Position numbers and translations under genes: made by a program. This document shows, piece by piece, positions 48,209 through 57,683 of a stretch of DNA of 64,000 bases. The first letter of the stretch is position 1, and each line of letters opens with the position of its first letter. The notes under the pieces were generated by a model, which saw nothing but the letters and a program-made list of their open reading frames with translations, did no database searches and was not told where the DNA came from. Location of the stretch: positions 1-64,000 of the forward strand of contig CBDCNQ010000002.1 of assembly GCA_965219445.1 (NCBI GenBank). The letters are read 5' to 3'. The DNA is from Longimicrobiales bacterium (GTDB taxonomy: Bacteria > Gemmatimonadota > Gemmatimonadetes > Longimicrobiales > Gaopeijiaceae).

Positions 48209-48655
48209 TCAGCCGGCGGTCGCTAGGACCGAGCCGACATCGCGGTGACGGAGCCGGGCGTAAACCAGGCCGAGGACACCGCCGTACACCAGGTGACCGA
48301 CCAAGCTGGGGAGCATGGCCGCAGCAGCGGCGGCATTCCAATTCACGCCGAGACCCATGCCCATGAAGAGCGGCATCAGGGTGAGCGGTCCAAGGATCCA
48401 CCAGGCCCCACCGTATGCGAGGCCGACCCCCACACCGCTGCGGATCCCGCTCACGAACCGGCCGAGTACGATGGCGAAGCCCGCCCCGATGATTACGCTG
48501 TTCACCATGTGCACAACGAAACCGGCACCGGCCGTCGGTTGGCCGATCATACTTCCGATCATTGGAAGCATGCCCATCATTCCCATCATCGCTCCGAAAA
48601 TCAAACCGCCTGCGAAGCCGCCGTAGGCGCCCAACTTCAGTTCTCTCGTGCTCAT
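48209..48655 (-). CDS. Small 4-TM Met/His-rich membrane protein of unknown function
   Basis: MMGMMGMLPM, VVHMVNS, GHLVYG; GAGG RBS. Confidence 0.75.
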   Translation of the reverse strand: MSTRELKLGAYGGFAGGLIFGAMMGMMGMLPMIGSMIGQPTAGAGFVVHMVNSVIIGAGFAIVLGRFVSGIRSGVGVGLAYGGAWWILGPLTLMPLFMGMGLGVNWNAAAAAAMLPSLVGHLVYGGVLGLVYARLRHRDVGSVLATAG

Positions 48656-48783
48656 TTTATATCCCCTCGTTTAGTAGGTCTTCACGGTCGGACACCCAGC
48701 GAGATCGTGAACCGGATTCCGTCACTTGCCAGTGAGTGGGCGAAGGGGGCATTTCATTACACTGCAGACACATTCTCGCAGCT

Positions 48784-50046
48784 ATGGAGGAGCGGATTCC
48801 ACACGATAGCTCGACTGTTCCAGGGGGCCCTCCATCCCTGACTCTAAGTGACGTTGTCGAGTCGAGGGGACGCCTCGGAGATCAGGTGGTGCTCACCCCC
48901 TGTACGAGATCGATGGCGTTTGGCGATCTATTGGCATGCTCCCTCTGGCTCAAATTCGAGACCCGGCAGCGCACGGGCTCGTTCAAGGACCGCGGAGCGC
49001 TCAACAAGCTACTTCAGTTATCGGACGAGGAGCGTTCGCGGGGAATCGTGACGGCCAGTGCAGGCAACCACGCCCAAGCGGTTGCGCACCATGCCACACG
49101 CCTCGGAATTCCGGCGACGGTGGTGATGCCGATCGGTACCCCCCTGGTGAAAAGCGCGAACACCCGTTGCTTTGGAGCCCGTGTGATTCTACATGGGGAC
49201 ACGGTTTCCGAGTCCCTGGGCGAGGCCCTCCGCATGGTCGATCAGGACGACCTCGCCATGGTGCATCCCTACGACGATCGGGCGGTTATGGCGGGCCAGG
49301 GGACCATCGGCCTGGAACTCGTAGAACAGGTGGCTGACCTGACTCACATAGTGGTCCCTATCGGTGGGGGTGGGATCATTTCGGGAATCGCGGTTGCCGC
49401 CAAAGCCCTGAACCCTTCGCTCCGTATAGTCGGGGTGGAAGCTGCAGCCGCGCCTGCGGCCTACCGCTCGCGAGAGATGGGTGAGGTGACTCCCATCGAG
49501 AGCACTGAGACCATAGCCGACGGCATTGCGGTGCAGCGAATCGGCGACCTGGCCTTTCCTTTGATCGAGGAGTACGTGGATGACATCGTCATCGTTGAAG
49601 AGGAGGAGATTGCAAGCGCAGTCCTACTGCTTCTGGAACGAGAACGAACCGTGGTCGAAGGGGCGGGTGCAACACCCCTGGCGGCGTTGGTGGGCGGGCG
49701 GATCTCGGTCGGCGCCGACGACGTGGTTGCTGCGGTGCTGTGCGGCGGCAATATCGACGTGAACATGATCGCCCGCATCATCGAACGGGGATTGGTGGCG
49801 GATGGGCGGATGGCCAGGCTGATGGTGACCGTGCGGGACCGCCCAGGATCGCTGGCCGCACTGAGCAAGGTCGTGGCGGGTCTGGGTGCCAACGTTCTCG
49901 AGATCCGGCACCGTCGAGCGTTCGCTGACATCACTGTAGGCGACGTCGAGGTCGTGATGCACCTGGAGACGCGTGGGAGGGAGCACGTAGAGGAGATCGT
50001 CGCTGCGCTGGAGGCTTTCGGGCACACAGTAGGGGAGCACGTCTAG
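48784..50046 (+). CDS. ilvA: Threonine ammonia-lyase with single C-terminal ACT domain
   Basis: TGSFKDRGA, ASAGNHAQ, PIGGGG, GGNID, DRPGSL. Confidence 0.92.
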   Translation: MEERIPHDSSTVPGGPPSLTLSDVVESRGRLGDQVVLTPCTRSMAFGDLLACSLWLKFETRQRTGSFKDRGALNKLLQLSDEERSRGIVTASAGNHAQAVAHHATRLGIPATVVMPIGTPLVKSANTRCFGARVILHGDTVSESLGEALRMVDQDDLAMVHPYDDRAVMAGQGTIGLELVEQVADLTHIVVPIGGGGIISGIAVAAKALNPSLRIVGVEAAAAPAAYRSREMGEVTPIESTETIADGIAVQRIGDLAFPLIEEYVDDIVIVEEEEIASAVLLLLERERTVVEGAGATPLAALVGGRISVGADDVVAAVLCGGNIDVNMIARIIERGLVADGRMARLMVTVRDRPGSLAALSKVVAGLGANVLEIRHRRAFADITVGDVEVVMHLETRGREHVEEIVAALEAFGHTVGEHV

Positions 50047-50127
50047 TGAGCCACCCCGAGCTTGCGCCTAACCTGGCCCAGCGATAGGATCCCGCTGTAG
50101 ACTTACCAGCGGGAGGAAGTACGCCTG

Positions 50128-50310
50128 ATGTTCAAGGGATTGGCCCATCTGGGGATGTGGACGTGCACTTGGATCGCATTCTGGCAGGGAGCCCAGATGA
50201 AGGGTGGGCCCGATGACGATTTCGTCACGGTCCTGTTCTGGCTCATATGCGGTTTCACGCTGTGGTTCGTGACCGACCCGCAGGAAGGAGCAGGTCCCCA
50301 GGGCTCGTGA
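50128..50310 (+). CDS. Small two-TM hypothetical protein
   Basis: GGAGG upstream, two hydrophobic segments. Confidence 0.45.
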   Translation: MFKGLAHLGMWTCTWIAFWQGAQMKGGPDDDFVTVLFWLICGFTLWFVTDPQEGAGPQGS

Positions 50311-50388
50311 TTTTAATCTCGTGATCTTAATACAGTGGAGGTGAGGACGGTGCCCACACTCCCTTTGCCAAGCAGGGCTAGGAGTGCT

Positions 50389-51513
50389 TCACCAGCTCAC
50401 ACGTAGACCGGTCGTAAAAGCGAGGCCGGAGTATTCCCCACCGTCTGCGGCGCTGTCGTTCATAGCTCCGAACTGTAGACCGCTCTGCAATTTCAACTTG
50501 TGGCCGTAGAAGAAGTAATTGACCCCTGCGTAGAACTCGTTGTAGCGATCCCCACGACCAGCGGTCACCTGATTCTCGTACCGCGCCAGGCGGACACCGT
50601 TGGCGTCTCCACTACGGAGGTAAGTGTAGCGGCCGACTACCTGAAAGCGAGAAGTAAGGTTAAAGAAAGGCATCGTCATCACACCCCACAAGTCGCTCTG
50701 ACCCATGTAACCGAACCCCGAGGAAAAATCAGAGCGGAAACCCCACCGATCTGCCTCGAACCTGAAGTTCACGGAAGCCATGTGCTGAAGCTGTCGGGTG
50801 AAAGTGTTGTTCGAATCAGGGTCCTGATATACGTAGTTTCCCCTTAGCAGCGCGTCTTCAACTCCGAGAGCCTCAGAGAAGTCGTAGCCAAGGGACAGAA
50901 GCCCGAAACCACTCCCGTCGAACTCGCCAAATTCCCGATTCGCACTACCTCCAGAGTAAACGCCCAACTCGTAAACCCAGTGCGAGCGCCCGCCCGACGC
51001 GCCTACACCGGGCATGTACTCCTCGGGAAACCACATGTTGTTGGCGAGATTGCTCCGATCTATGGTCAGAAGCTCCTTTGACGAGGTCGACCCGTCCATC
51101 GTGAACGGAACTCCTTGCTTCCCGACCGTGAGTGTGAAGAGATCACTCGCCTCCCATTCGATATGAGTATCTGTGAGCCTCTTGTAGAACGGGGATCTTT
51201 CCTGAGGATTGAAGTCGGCCTCGACGTGCACGATGAACTGACGGAACAACTCCGATCTCACACCGAGCCGCATACGTCGGACATTCCATTCATCGTGCGT
51301 TCCCTGGTCCGCATCGACGGCCGCAAATTCGTACTGGAACCTTCCGCTGAAGAGCATGCTTTGAACCGTTTCGTTTTGGTCGTTGTGGTACCACTCGGCA
51401 AACGTCCAGATATCATCGTAGGTTGACTGCGCTGTGACCTGTTTTGATGCAGTCAGCACCAATAATCCGTTTGCAATGACGGCAAGAATGCTACAGGTCA
51501 GATTGAGTCTCAC
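50389..51513 (-). CDS. Phosphate-selective porin OprO/OprP family
   Basis: AAAGGAG RBS before GTG, GRFQY, VRRMRLG, GKQGVPF...TSS...IDRS, C-terminal Trp. Confidence 0.75.
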   Translation of the reverse strand: MRLNLTCSILAVIANGLLVLTASKQVTAQSTYDDIWTFAEWYHNDQNETVQSMLFSGRFQYEFAAVDADQGTHDEWNVRRMRLGVRSELFRQFIVHVEADFNPQERSPFYKRLTDTHIEWEASDLFTLTVGKQGVPFTMDGSTSSKELLTIDRSNLANNMWFPEEYMPGVGASGGRSHWVYELGVYSGGSANREFGEFDGSGFGLLSLGYDFSEALGVEDALLRGNYVYQDPDSNNTFTRQLQHMASVNFRFEADRWGFRSDFSSGFGYMGQSDLWGVMTMPFFNLTSRFQVVGRYTYLRSGDANGVRLARYENQVTAGRGDRYNEFYAGVNYFFYGHKLKLQSGLQFGAMNDSAADGGEYSGLAFTTGLRVSW

Positions 51514-51620
51514 ACGCCGCTCCTTTCGAAATCTGAATTCAAGCAACAAGATGCCTGTGTGCCATGAACTGTCTGGCCGGATAATGGATGGAGCCGTTGT
51601 AATCGTTCTGTGAGTGTTTT

Positions 51621-51638
51621 TTGTCATGGATCTGTAAC
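51621..51638 (+). promoter_or_regulatory. Pho-box-like direct repeat TTGTCAT-GGAT-CTGTAAC
   Basis: Matches the PhoB consensus CTGTCAT-N4-CTGT(C/A)A(C/T); lies between porin and PQQ dehydrogenase starts. Confidence 0.6.
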
Positions 51639-51665
51639 AACTCGGTGGTGGAAACGGAACAACCC

Positions 51666-52883
51666 ATGAGCCACATGACCCCGGTTCGACACCTGTCACT
51701 CGCGCTCACCCTCGGGCTTGCCCTCGCCGGCGGACCCGCATCCGCCCAGACCCGGGGCGGGGTCCCGGCACGGCCACCACCGGACGGGCCCGTGTCGATC
51801 AACACGGACGTGGTGCCTCGAGTTCGCGTGGTGCCGATCGCCGGCGGGCTCTCGCATCCGTGGGGCATGGCTTTCAGACGCAACGGCGACATCCTTGTGA
51901 CCGAGCGCGACAAGGGCATGCTTCGGGTGATCCGAGACGGCCGGCTCCAGGAACGCGACGTCCCAGGTGTGCCCGAAGTGTTCGCCGGTCGGAACCGTGC
52001 CGGGCTCATGGACATTGCCCTCCACCCCGACGACGACCGCATCGTCTACTTGACGTACACCAAGTCGATAGAGCATGAGGGAGAACCTGCCGAGACCGTT
52101 GCGCTGGCCCGGGGTCGCCTCGCCGGGGGTGAATTGACCGAGTTGGACGATATCTTCGTGGCGGAGGGCTTGGATGACGGCATCGCCGCATCCAGACTCC
52201 TCTTCCGGCCGGATGGCACACTCTTGATGAGCGTGGGCGGCTCCTACGTGTTCGCGGAGACGGGGGGGTACGCGCAGGACCCGGGCACCCACTTCGGCAA
52301 GCTTCTGAGGCTGAACGACGACGGGACGGCGCCCGACGACAATCCGTTTGTTGGCAACGCCGATTACCTTCCCGAAATCTACTCCATGGGCCACCGCAAC
52401 CAGCTCGGTCTCGCGTTTCACCCCGAAACGGGCGCCCTGTGGGCGAGTGAAAACGGACCGCAAGGTGGCGACGAGGTCAACATCATTCGTGCGGGAGGGA
52501 ACTACGGTTGGCCGATCGCCTCGTACAGCCGCCAGTACATCGGAGATTGGGTGACGGACACACCGTGGGTCGCCGAACTCGAAGCAGCCGAGGTGCTCTG
52601 GTGGCCGTCCATCGCGCCGTCCGGCCTGGTCTTCTACACGGGCGAGCACTTTCCCGCGTGGCAGGGCAACCTGTTCGTCGGCTCGATGATGGTCGGGAGG
52701 ATGCAGCACACCGGGCACTTGGAACGGATCGTGTTCAACGCGGACGGTGAGGAGATCCGGCGTGAGTGGTTGCTCACCGAGCTCAAACAGCGGATCCGAG
52801 ACGTTCGGCAGGGGCCCGACGGCTACCTCTATGTCCTGACCGAGGAGGACGACGCGGTGCTGCTCCGGCTCGAGCCGGCCTGA
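51666..52883 (+). CDS. PQQ-dependent sugar dehydrogenase (YliI/Asd-like)
   Basis: Signal peptide, GLSHPWGMAF, GHRNQLG, ENGPQGGDEVN, NYGWP, RIRDVRQGPDG. Confidence 0.9.
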   Translation: MSHMTPVRHLSLALTLGLALAGGPASAQTRGGVPARPPPDGPVSINTDVVPRVRVVPIAGGLSHPWGMAFRRNGDILVTERDKGMLRVIRDGRLQERDVPGVPEVFAGRNRAGLMDIALHPDDDRIVYLTYTKSIEHEGEPAETVALARGRLAGGELTELDDIFVAEGLDDGIAASRLLFRPDGTLLMSVGGSYVFAETGGYAQDPGTHFGKLLRLNDDGTAPDDNPFVGNADYLPEIYSMGHRNQLGLAFHPETGALWASENGPQGGDEVNIIRAGGNYGWPIASYSRQYIGDWVTDTPWVAELEAAEVLWWPSIAPSGLVFYTGEHFPAWQGNLFVGSMMVGRMQHTGHLERIVFNADGEEIRREWLLTELKQRIRDVRQGPDGYLYVLTEEDDAVLLRLEPA

Positions 52884-52916
52884 GGAGCCGAGCCTGTCCT
52901 CTTATTCTCCGCCGGT

Positions 52917-54044
52917 CTATTGCACCCAGCGGACTCTCCAGATGCGCCCCGCTCCATCATCCGACACATACAGGCTCCCATCAGGCCCCACCTCGACCGC
53001 TACCGGTCGACCCAGGACGGCCCCGCCCCCGGTAAGCCAACCGGCAGCGAAGTCCTCGTAGGAGACGGGTTGCCCGTTCTCGACCCTTACCCTCACGACC
53101 TTGTATCCCGTGGGCTCGGAGCGATTCCAGGAGCCATGGAAGGCGAGGAACAGGTCGCCCCGGTACTCCACCGGAAACTGGTCCCCATCGTAGAAGACCA
53201 TCCCGAGGGGTGCCGAGTGCGCCTGCATCTCCAGGGCCGGCGAAACCGTTCCTACGCATCGAGACGGGTCCCCGTATTCGGGATTCGGTAGGCGGTCCTC
53301 GTAGCAAAATGGCCATCCGAAGTGCTCGACGGCACCTCCCGGCGAGAAGATGTTGATCTCCTCGGCGGGAACGTCGTCGCCGAGATTATCGCGCTCGTTC
53401 TGACTCGCCCAGAGCGCCCCGGTCTCGGGGTGGAACGCCAGCCCGACGGTGTTCCGAAGCCCCTCGGCGATGATCTCTTCACCCGAACCGTTGGCCGCGT
53501 AGCGCACGACGGCTGCGCGTCGTGCGTCGCCCTCCTCGCAGATGTTGCAGCTCGAGCCCACCGAGAGGTACAGCCGACCGTCGGGGCCGAACTCGATCTC
53601 ACGGGTCCAGTGGCCTCCGGTCGGAAGCCCAGGCACGATGACGGTCTCTTGAGTGAACGCCGGCCCCGCCAAGCGGATGACCTGATGGGTCTCGCCGACG
53701 TACAGGTCTCCGTCGCGGAACGCCAGCCCGAACGGCTGACGGAGTCCCGTCGCGACGACGGCTGGACCCCCGTTGGCGGTCCCATCCGCGTTCAGATCGA
53801 AGCGGACGATCTCACCGGCTGAAGAGCGCACCGCATAGAGCCGCCCGTCGGGGCCCATTTCTAGCATGCGAACCCCCGACAGACCCTCGGCGAAGATCGA
53901 CACCGCAAAGCCCTGCGGCACCTGCACGAAAGCCTGGGTGTCGTCATCGGTCGTCTGCCCGGTCCCGTCCGTGGGACCGGAGCACGCTGCGGACAGCACG
54001 AGGACCATGCTCAGGCCCACGCCAACGGTAGTATCGGCTCGCAT
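52917..54044 (-). CDS. PQQ-dependent glucose/sorbosone dehydrogenase, lipoprotein
   Basis: LSAAC lipobox, SVGSSCNIC, GLRNTVG, AHSAPLG, FHGSWNR, GRP. Confidence 0.9.
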   Translation of the reverse strand: MRADTTVGVGLSMVLVLSAACSGPTDGTGQTTDDDTQAFVQVPQGFAVSIFAEGLSGVRMLEMGPDGRLYAVRSSAGEIVRFDLNADGTANGGPAVVATGLRQPFGLAFRDGDLYVGETHQVIRLAGPAFTQETVIVPGLPTGGHWTREIEFGPDGRLYLSVGSSCNICEEGDARRAAVVRYAANGSGEEIIAEGLRNTVGLAFHPETGALWASQNERDNLGDDVPAEEINIFSPGGAVEHFGWPFCYEDRLPNPEYGDPSRCVGTVSPALEMQAHSAPLGMVFYDGDQFPVEYRGDLFLAFHGSWNRSEPTGYKVVRVRVENGQPVSYEDFAAGWLTGGGAVLGRPVAVEVGPDGSLYVSDDGAGRIWRVRWVQ

Positions 54045-54271
54045 CTTTACCCTCGCTCGTGTGTGACGACTGTCGACCCAACGGTGAACACCGAACTGCA
54101 GGTGAATGGTCCCGGTGCCCCCCGGATCTCGCCGTGACAAGCCTTCACCATAGCCACGTTCAGCGCGGCGTACGAGTGCGAAGCGGGGTGAGGCTCGGCT
54201 CGGTTTGCCCTGGGAGTTCTGACGAGGATCAGCTTGACTCCACTTTGGCGGTCCGCGATGATCATCGCGTC

Positions 54272-54607
54272 ATGAGACGATCAAGATCCCATAAGGCGAT
54301 TTCCGGCTTCCTGCTGTTCCTCCTCGGGGCGCTGGGCACGGGGCTTCCGACCCACAGTCATGGGATAGATGACCGTGACCTCGTCGAGCTCGTCGCGCCC
54401 GACCATCACGATCACGGTGTCGTCCTGACGGATCAGTCGGATCGGATCCCAACAGTGCCCGGCACGTTCGCCGTGTCGACCACCACGACGACGTTCGTGA
54501 CGCTCCCCATTTTCACCGAGGTTCAGGTCCCGCCGCTCCAGCGCGACGCACCTCATGAGCGTGCGCCCCCTTCCACCTCTCCACGCGCTCCTCCCCTCCC
54601 GATCTGA
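54272..54607 (+). CDS. His-rich signal-peptide leader protein with C-terminal double RAPP motif (DUF2946/CzcI-like)
   Basis: MRRSRSHK plus hydrophobic core, HSH, DHHDH, ERAPPSTSPRAPPLPI*; directly upstream of RND pump. Confidence 0.75.
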   Translation: MRRSRSHKAISGFLLFLLGALGTGLPTHSHGIDDRDLVELVAPDHHDHGVVLTDQSDRIPTVPGTFAVSTTTTTFVTLPIFTEVQVPPLQRDAPHERAPPSTSPRAPPLPI

Positions 54608-54653
54608 TCCGAGCGCCTTCGGCGTCCGGACCCTACCCGTATAGCCTGAAACC

Positions 54654-54681
54654 GAGACGCTTCGGTGCCGCGTTTTCTTTT
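54654..54681 (+). terminator. Terminator-like hairpin between leader and czcC-like gene
   Basis: GAGACGC...GCGTTTT followed by CTTTT; second hairpin at 54608-54630. Confidence 0.5.
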
Positions 54682-54717
54682 GGCATCGAGCCGGAACACG
54701 ACCCGGGAGTCGCGACA

Positions 54718-56049
54718 GTGAACAGTCCGATCAGAATCATCCTACTTCTCGCCGCCGTGAGCCTATGGCCCATCGACATGGGCGCACAGGAAACGATGGT
54801 GCGTGTGAGCCTCGACGAGGCGCTCCGACTTTTTTCCGAGAACAACCTCGAGCTCCGCCTTGCGCGCTCCCGAGAGGCAGAGGCAGAGGGACTCGCGCGA
54901 CAGGCGAGAGCATTTCCCAACCCGATCGTCGACCTCACTCGGGAGCCGCTTTCCCGAGGCGACCAAAATTACTCGGAGACCTACCTAAGCCTGAGCCAGC
55001 GCTTTGAGGTTTCGGGGGAACGGGGGGCCCGGGGCGAAGCGGCAGACTGGCTCTTGCTGGCCGCGGAAGCCCTCGTGCGAGCGGACAGCGCGCGGCTTGC
55101 GTTCGCGGTGAAGCGGGCGTTCGTCGAGGCGGCGGTGGCAGAGGACCACGTGGCAGTGACTGAGCAAGCCGTCGAGGTCTTTCGCCAAGGGGAGCGAAAC
55201 GCGGCCGTCCGGGAGGCTGAGGGGGACATTTCCGTCTACGACCTACAACGGCTGAGCATTGAGCGTATGCGCTACGAGAATCTGGTGGCCGAGGCGGATC
55301 TGGCGGCCTCGGCCGCCCGCAGAGAGCTGGCGTTACTCATCCTCCCGGATGCAGACGGATCGTCCGAGACGGCCAGGCCAGAGATCGGCCCTGGCGAGGG
55401 AATCGAGGCGTTGCCCAAAGAGCCCGTAGTCGACATTGCTTTCGAGAATTTCGAGTTCTTCGAGCGTGCGGTCGCGCGGCGACCGGAGGTCGAGGCTGCA
55501 GATGCGGAAATTCTGGCCGCTCAGGCCAACCAACGCGTGGCCCGTGCCGTACGCATTCCCGACATCACCGCCACGGGAGGCTACAAACGCCAATCTGACG
55601 GTTTCAGCGGAGCCTTCTTGGGATTGTCCGTTCCCCTTCCGCTGTTCGACCGCCGCTCGGGCGACATCGAGGCTACGGGGGCGCGGGTTCGCGCCGCCGA
55701 GGAGCGTGGCGTGCTGACCCGACGTCGGATAGAGGCAGATCTCCGCAACGCGATCGAGTCGTATAGGAGTCTGAGAGACCGGAGCACGTTCCTGGAAGGA
55801 AACCGCCCCGCTGGTAGTCCGAACATCCTCGAGATCGCACAAGTGGCTTACAACGCCGGTGAAATGACCCTCGTGGAGCTCTTGGATGCGGCAGATGCGC
55901 TTCGGGGCGCCCGAATGGCCGAGGCCCGCCTCGGGGCTGATCTACGGATCGCATTCTACGACCTAGAGCGGGCGCAGGGCGGTCTCGATGCGGAGGCTCC
56001 AGATGCTGACACTCCCCGACAGACGACTTCAACGGAGATCGCACGATGA
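54718..56049 (+). CDS. TolC/CzcC-family outer-membrane efflux protein
   Basis: FPNP, LSVPLPLFDR, AYNAGEMTLVELLDA. Confidence 0.9.
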   Translation: MNSPIRIILLLAAVSLWPIDMGAQETMVRVSLDEALRLFSENNLELRLARSREAEAEGLARQARAFPNPIVDLTREPLSRGDQNYSETYLSLSQRFEVSGERGARGEAADWLLLAAEALVRADSARLAFAVKRAFVEAAVAEDHVAVTEQAVEVFRQGERNAAVREAEGDISVYDLQRLSIERMRYENLVAEADLAASAARRELALLILPDADGSSETARPEIGPGEGIEALPKEPVVDIAFENFEFFERAVARRPEVEAADAEILAAQANQRVARAVRIPDITATGGYKRQSDGFSGAFLGLSVPLPLFDRRSGDIEATGARVRAAEERGVLTRRRIEADLRNAIESYRSLRDRSTFLEGNRPAGSPNILEIAQVAYNAGEMTLVELLDAADALRGARMAEARLGADLRIAFYDLERAQGGLDAEAPDADTPRQTTSTEIAR

Positions 56050-57608
56050 TTCGCCGTGCGGTGCGACGCTTTCGCGTGACGACGATGACGAGGAGGACGA
56101 GAACGGGAAGGGGAACGAGGATAGGAACGACCCCGGGGTCTTGGCTCGCGGTGGCGATCGCATCGGCCGTATGGGCTGGCGGCTGCGCCGATTCGGGCGC
56201 CGACACCCAGGAGGTGGAGATCGGCGTGGTCGTTGTGACTCAATGGAACGACGCGACGGAGCTCTTTCTCGAGTACCCGCACCCGGTCGCGGGGGAGGCG
56301 ACCGGAAATTGGGCGATTCACCTCACAGACATGGAGGACTTCAAGCCCATTCGTTCAGGGAGCCTGACCGCACGCTTCGCCAGTGCTACGGGTACGGCCG
56401 AGACGTTCGAAATCGATGTGCCGGCCCGTGACGGAATCTTCCTGCTCGATCCGGTCGTGCGAGAGCCCGGTACCTACCGCGTCGAGCTGGAACTCACGAG
56501 CGCACAGGTGAGCAGCAAACATATTCTCGACCAAGTCGTGGTCTATCCCAGCCTCGAGGAGCCTCTTGCGGTAGCGGAGACCGAAGACGAGGGCGGGATC
56601 GCGTTCCTGAAGGAGCAACAGTGGGTAATCCCCTTTGCGGTACACCCGACCGGCGAGGGCGAGGTGCATCGAACCGTGGTAGCTCCTGGGGAGATCGTGC
56701 CACCGGACGGCGCGCTGGTTCAGGTGAGCGCCCTGGTGGAGGGCATCGCGCCCGCCGAGGGAAATCGTGACGCTCCGTCGGTCGGCGAGGAAGTCCGTGA
56801 GGGTCAGATCCTTGTCGTCCTCGCCCCCACCGCTCAGGAGGGCGGCTTTGCACAGGCTCGGGGCCGAGTGGAGCGACTGGAACGGGAGGTGGAGAGGGCC
56901 GAGCGGCTGTTCGAGGCTGGAGCAATCCCCAGTCGGCGTTTGGAAGAGGCTCGTCACGACTTGGAGATCGCTCAAGCCGAGGTCGACGCCATGGGGGGCA
57001 TGACGGATGACAATTACCGACTCAGTCTGCGGGCCCCCATCTCCGGCGTCATAGCGGAGCGAAGCTTCGTGCCGGGAGGACGTGTGGAGCCGGGAGAGCC
57101 GCTCTTCACGATCGTGGATCTCTCTACGGCCTGGCTCCGAGTCCAAATGTCGGCGGCAGCCGCGACGAGCATTCCCGACGACGCGCGAGCCACCTTCACG
57201 ACGGAGGACTCGGATCTGGTCTTCGGTACGTCCCGGCTCCTTTCCGTCGGAAGTGTCATCAACCCCCAAACTCGCACCGTGCCCGTGGTCTTCGAAACCG
57301 AGGAAACCGGGGCTGTCCTAACCTTCGGGCAGCTCGCCCAGGCCGCCGTGCCGACGGGGGGCACAGTGATGGGCATCGTGCTCCCGAACAGTGCGATCCT
57401 CGATGACAACGGCACTTGGGTGGCCTACGTGCAGACGGGAGGTGAGGCGTTCGAACGGCGTATCCTCACTCTGGGTGCGAGCGACGGGGTGCGGTCTCAA
57501 GTGCTAGCCGGGGTGAGCCTCGGGGACATGGTTGTGACCACGGGCGCCTACCAAGTTCGCCTCGCCTCATTGTCCGGCGGTGAATTCGCCGGCGCACACA
57601 CTCATTAG
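56046..57608 (+). CDS. RND periplasmic adaptor subunit (CzcB-like), lipoprotein
   Basis: AGGC lipobox, LRAPISG, QTRTVPV, C-terminal AHTH; start uncertain. Confidence 0.88.
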   Translation: MIRRAVRRFRVTTMTRRTRTGRGTRIGTTPGSWLAVAIASAVWAGGCADSGADTQEVEIGVVVVTQWNDATELFLEYPHPVAGEATGNWAIHLTDMEDFKPIRSGSLTARFASATGTAETFEIDVPARDGIFLLDPVVREPGTYRVELELTSAQVSSKHILDQVVVYPSLEEPLAVAETEDEGGIAFLKEQQWVIPFAVHPTGEGEVHRTVVAPGEIVPPDGALVQVSALVEGIAPAEGNRDAPSVGEEVREGQILVVLAPTAQEGGFAQARGRVERLEREVERAERLFEAGAIPSRRLEEARHDLEIAQAEVDAMGGMTDDNYRLSLRAPISGVIAERSFVPGGRVEPGEPLFTIVDLSTAWLRVQMSAAAATSIPDDARATFTTEDSDLVFGTSRLLSVGSVINPQTRTVPVVFETEETGAVLTFGQLAQAAVPTGGTVMGIVLPNSAILDDNGTWVAYVQTGGEAFERRILTLGASDGVRSQVLAGVSLGDMVVTTGAYQVRLASLSGGEFAGAHTH

Positions 57609-57661
57609 CGTGGCGACCATCAGCGTGGCGGCGCTACACCATGGGGTGGCGACGCTACACT
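57609..57661. repeat. Short imperfect direct repeats GTGGCG(A/G)CGCTACAC
   Basis: Two near-identical copies plus a partial GCGTGGCGAC in the adaptor-permease gap. Confidence 0.6.
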
Positions 57662-57683
57662 GTCGACCCAGGCGGAGACGACG

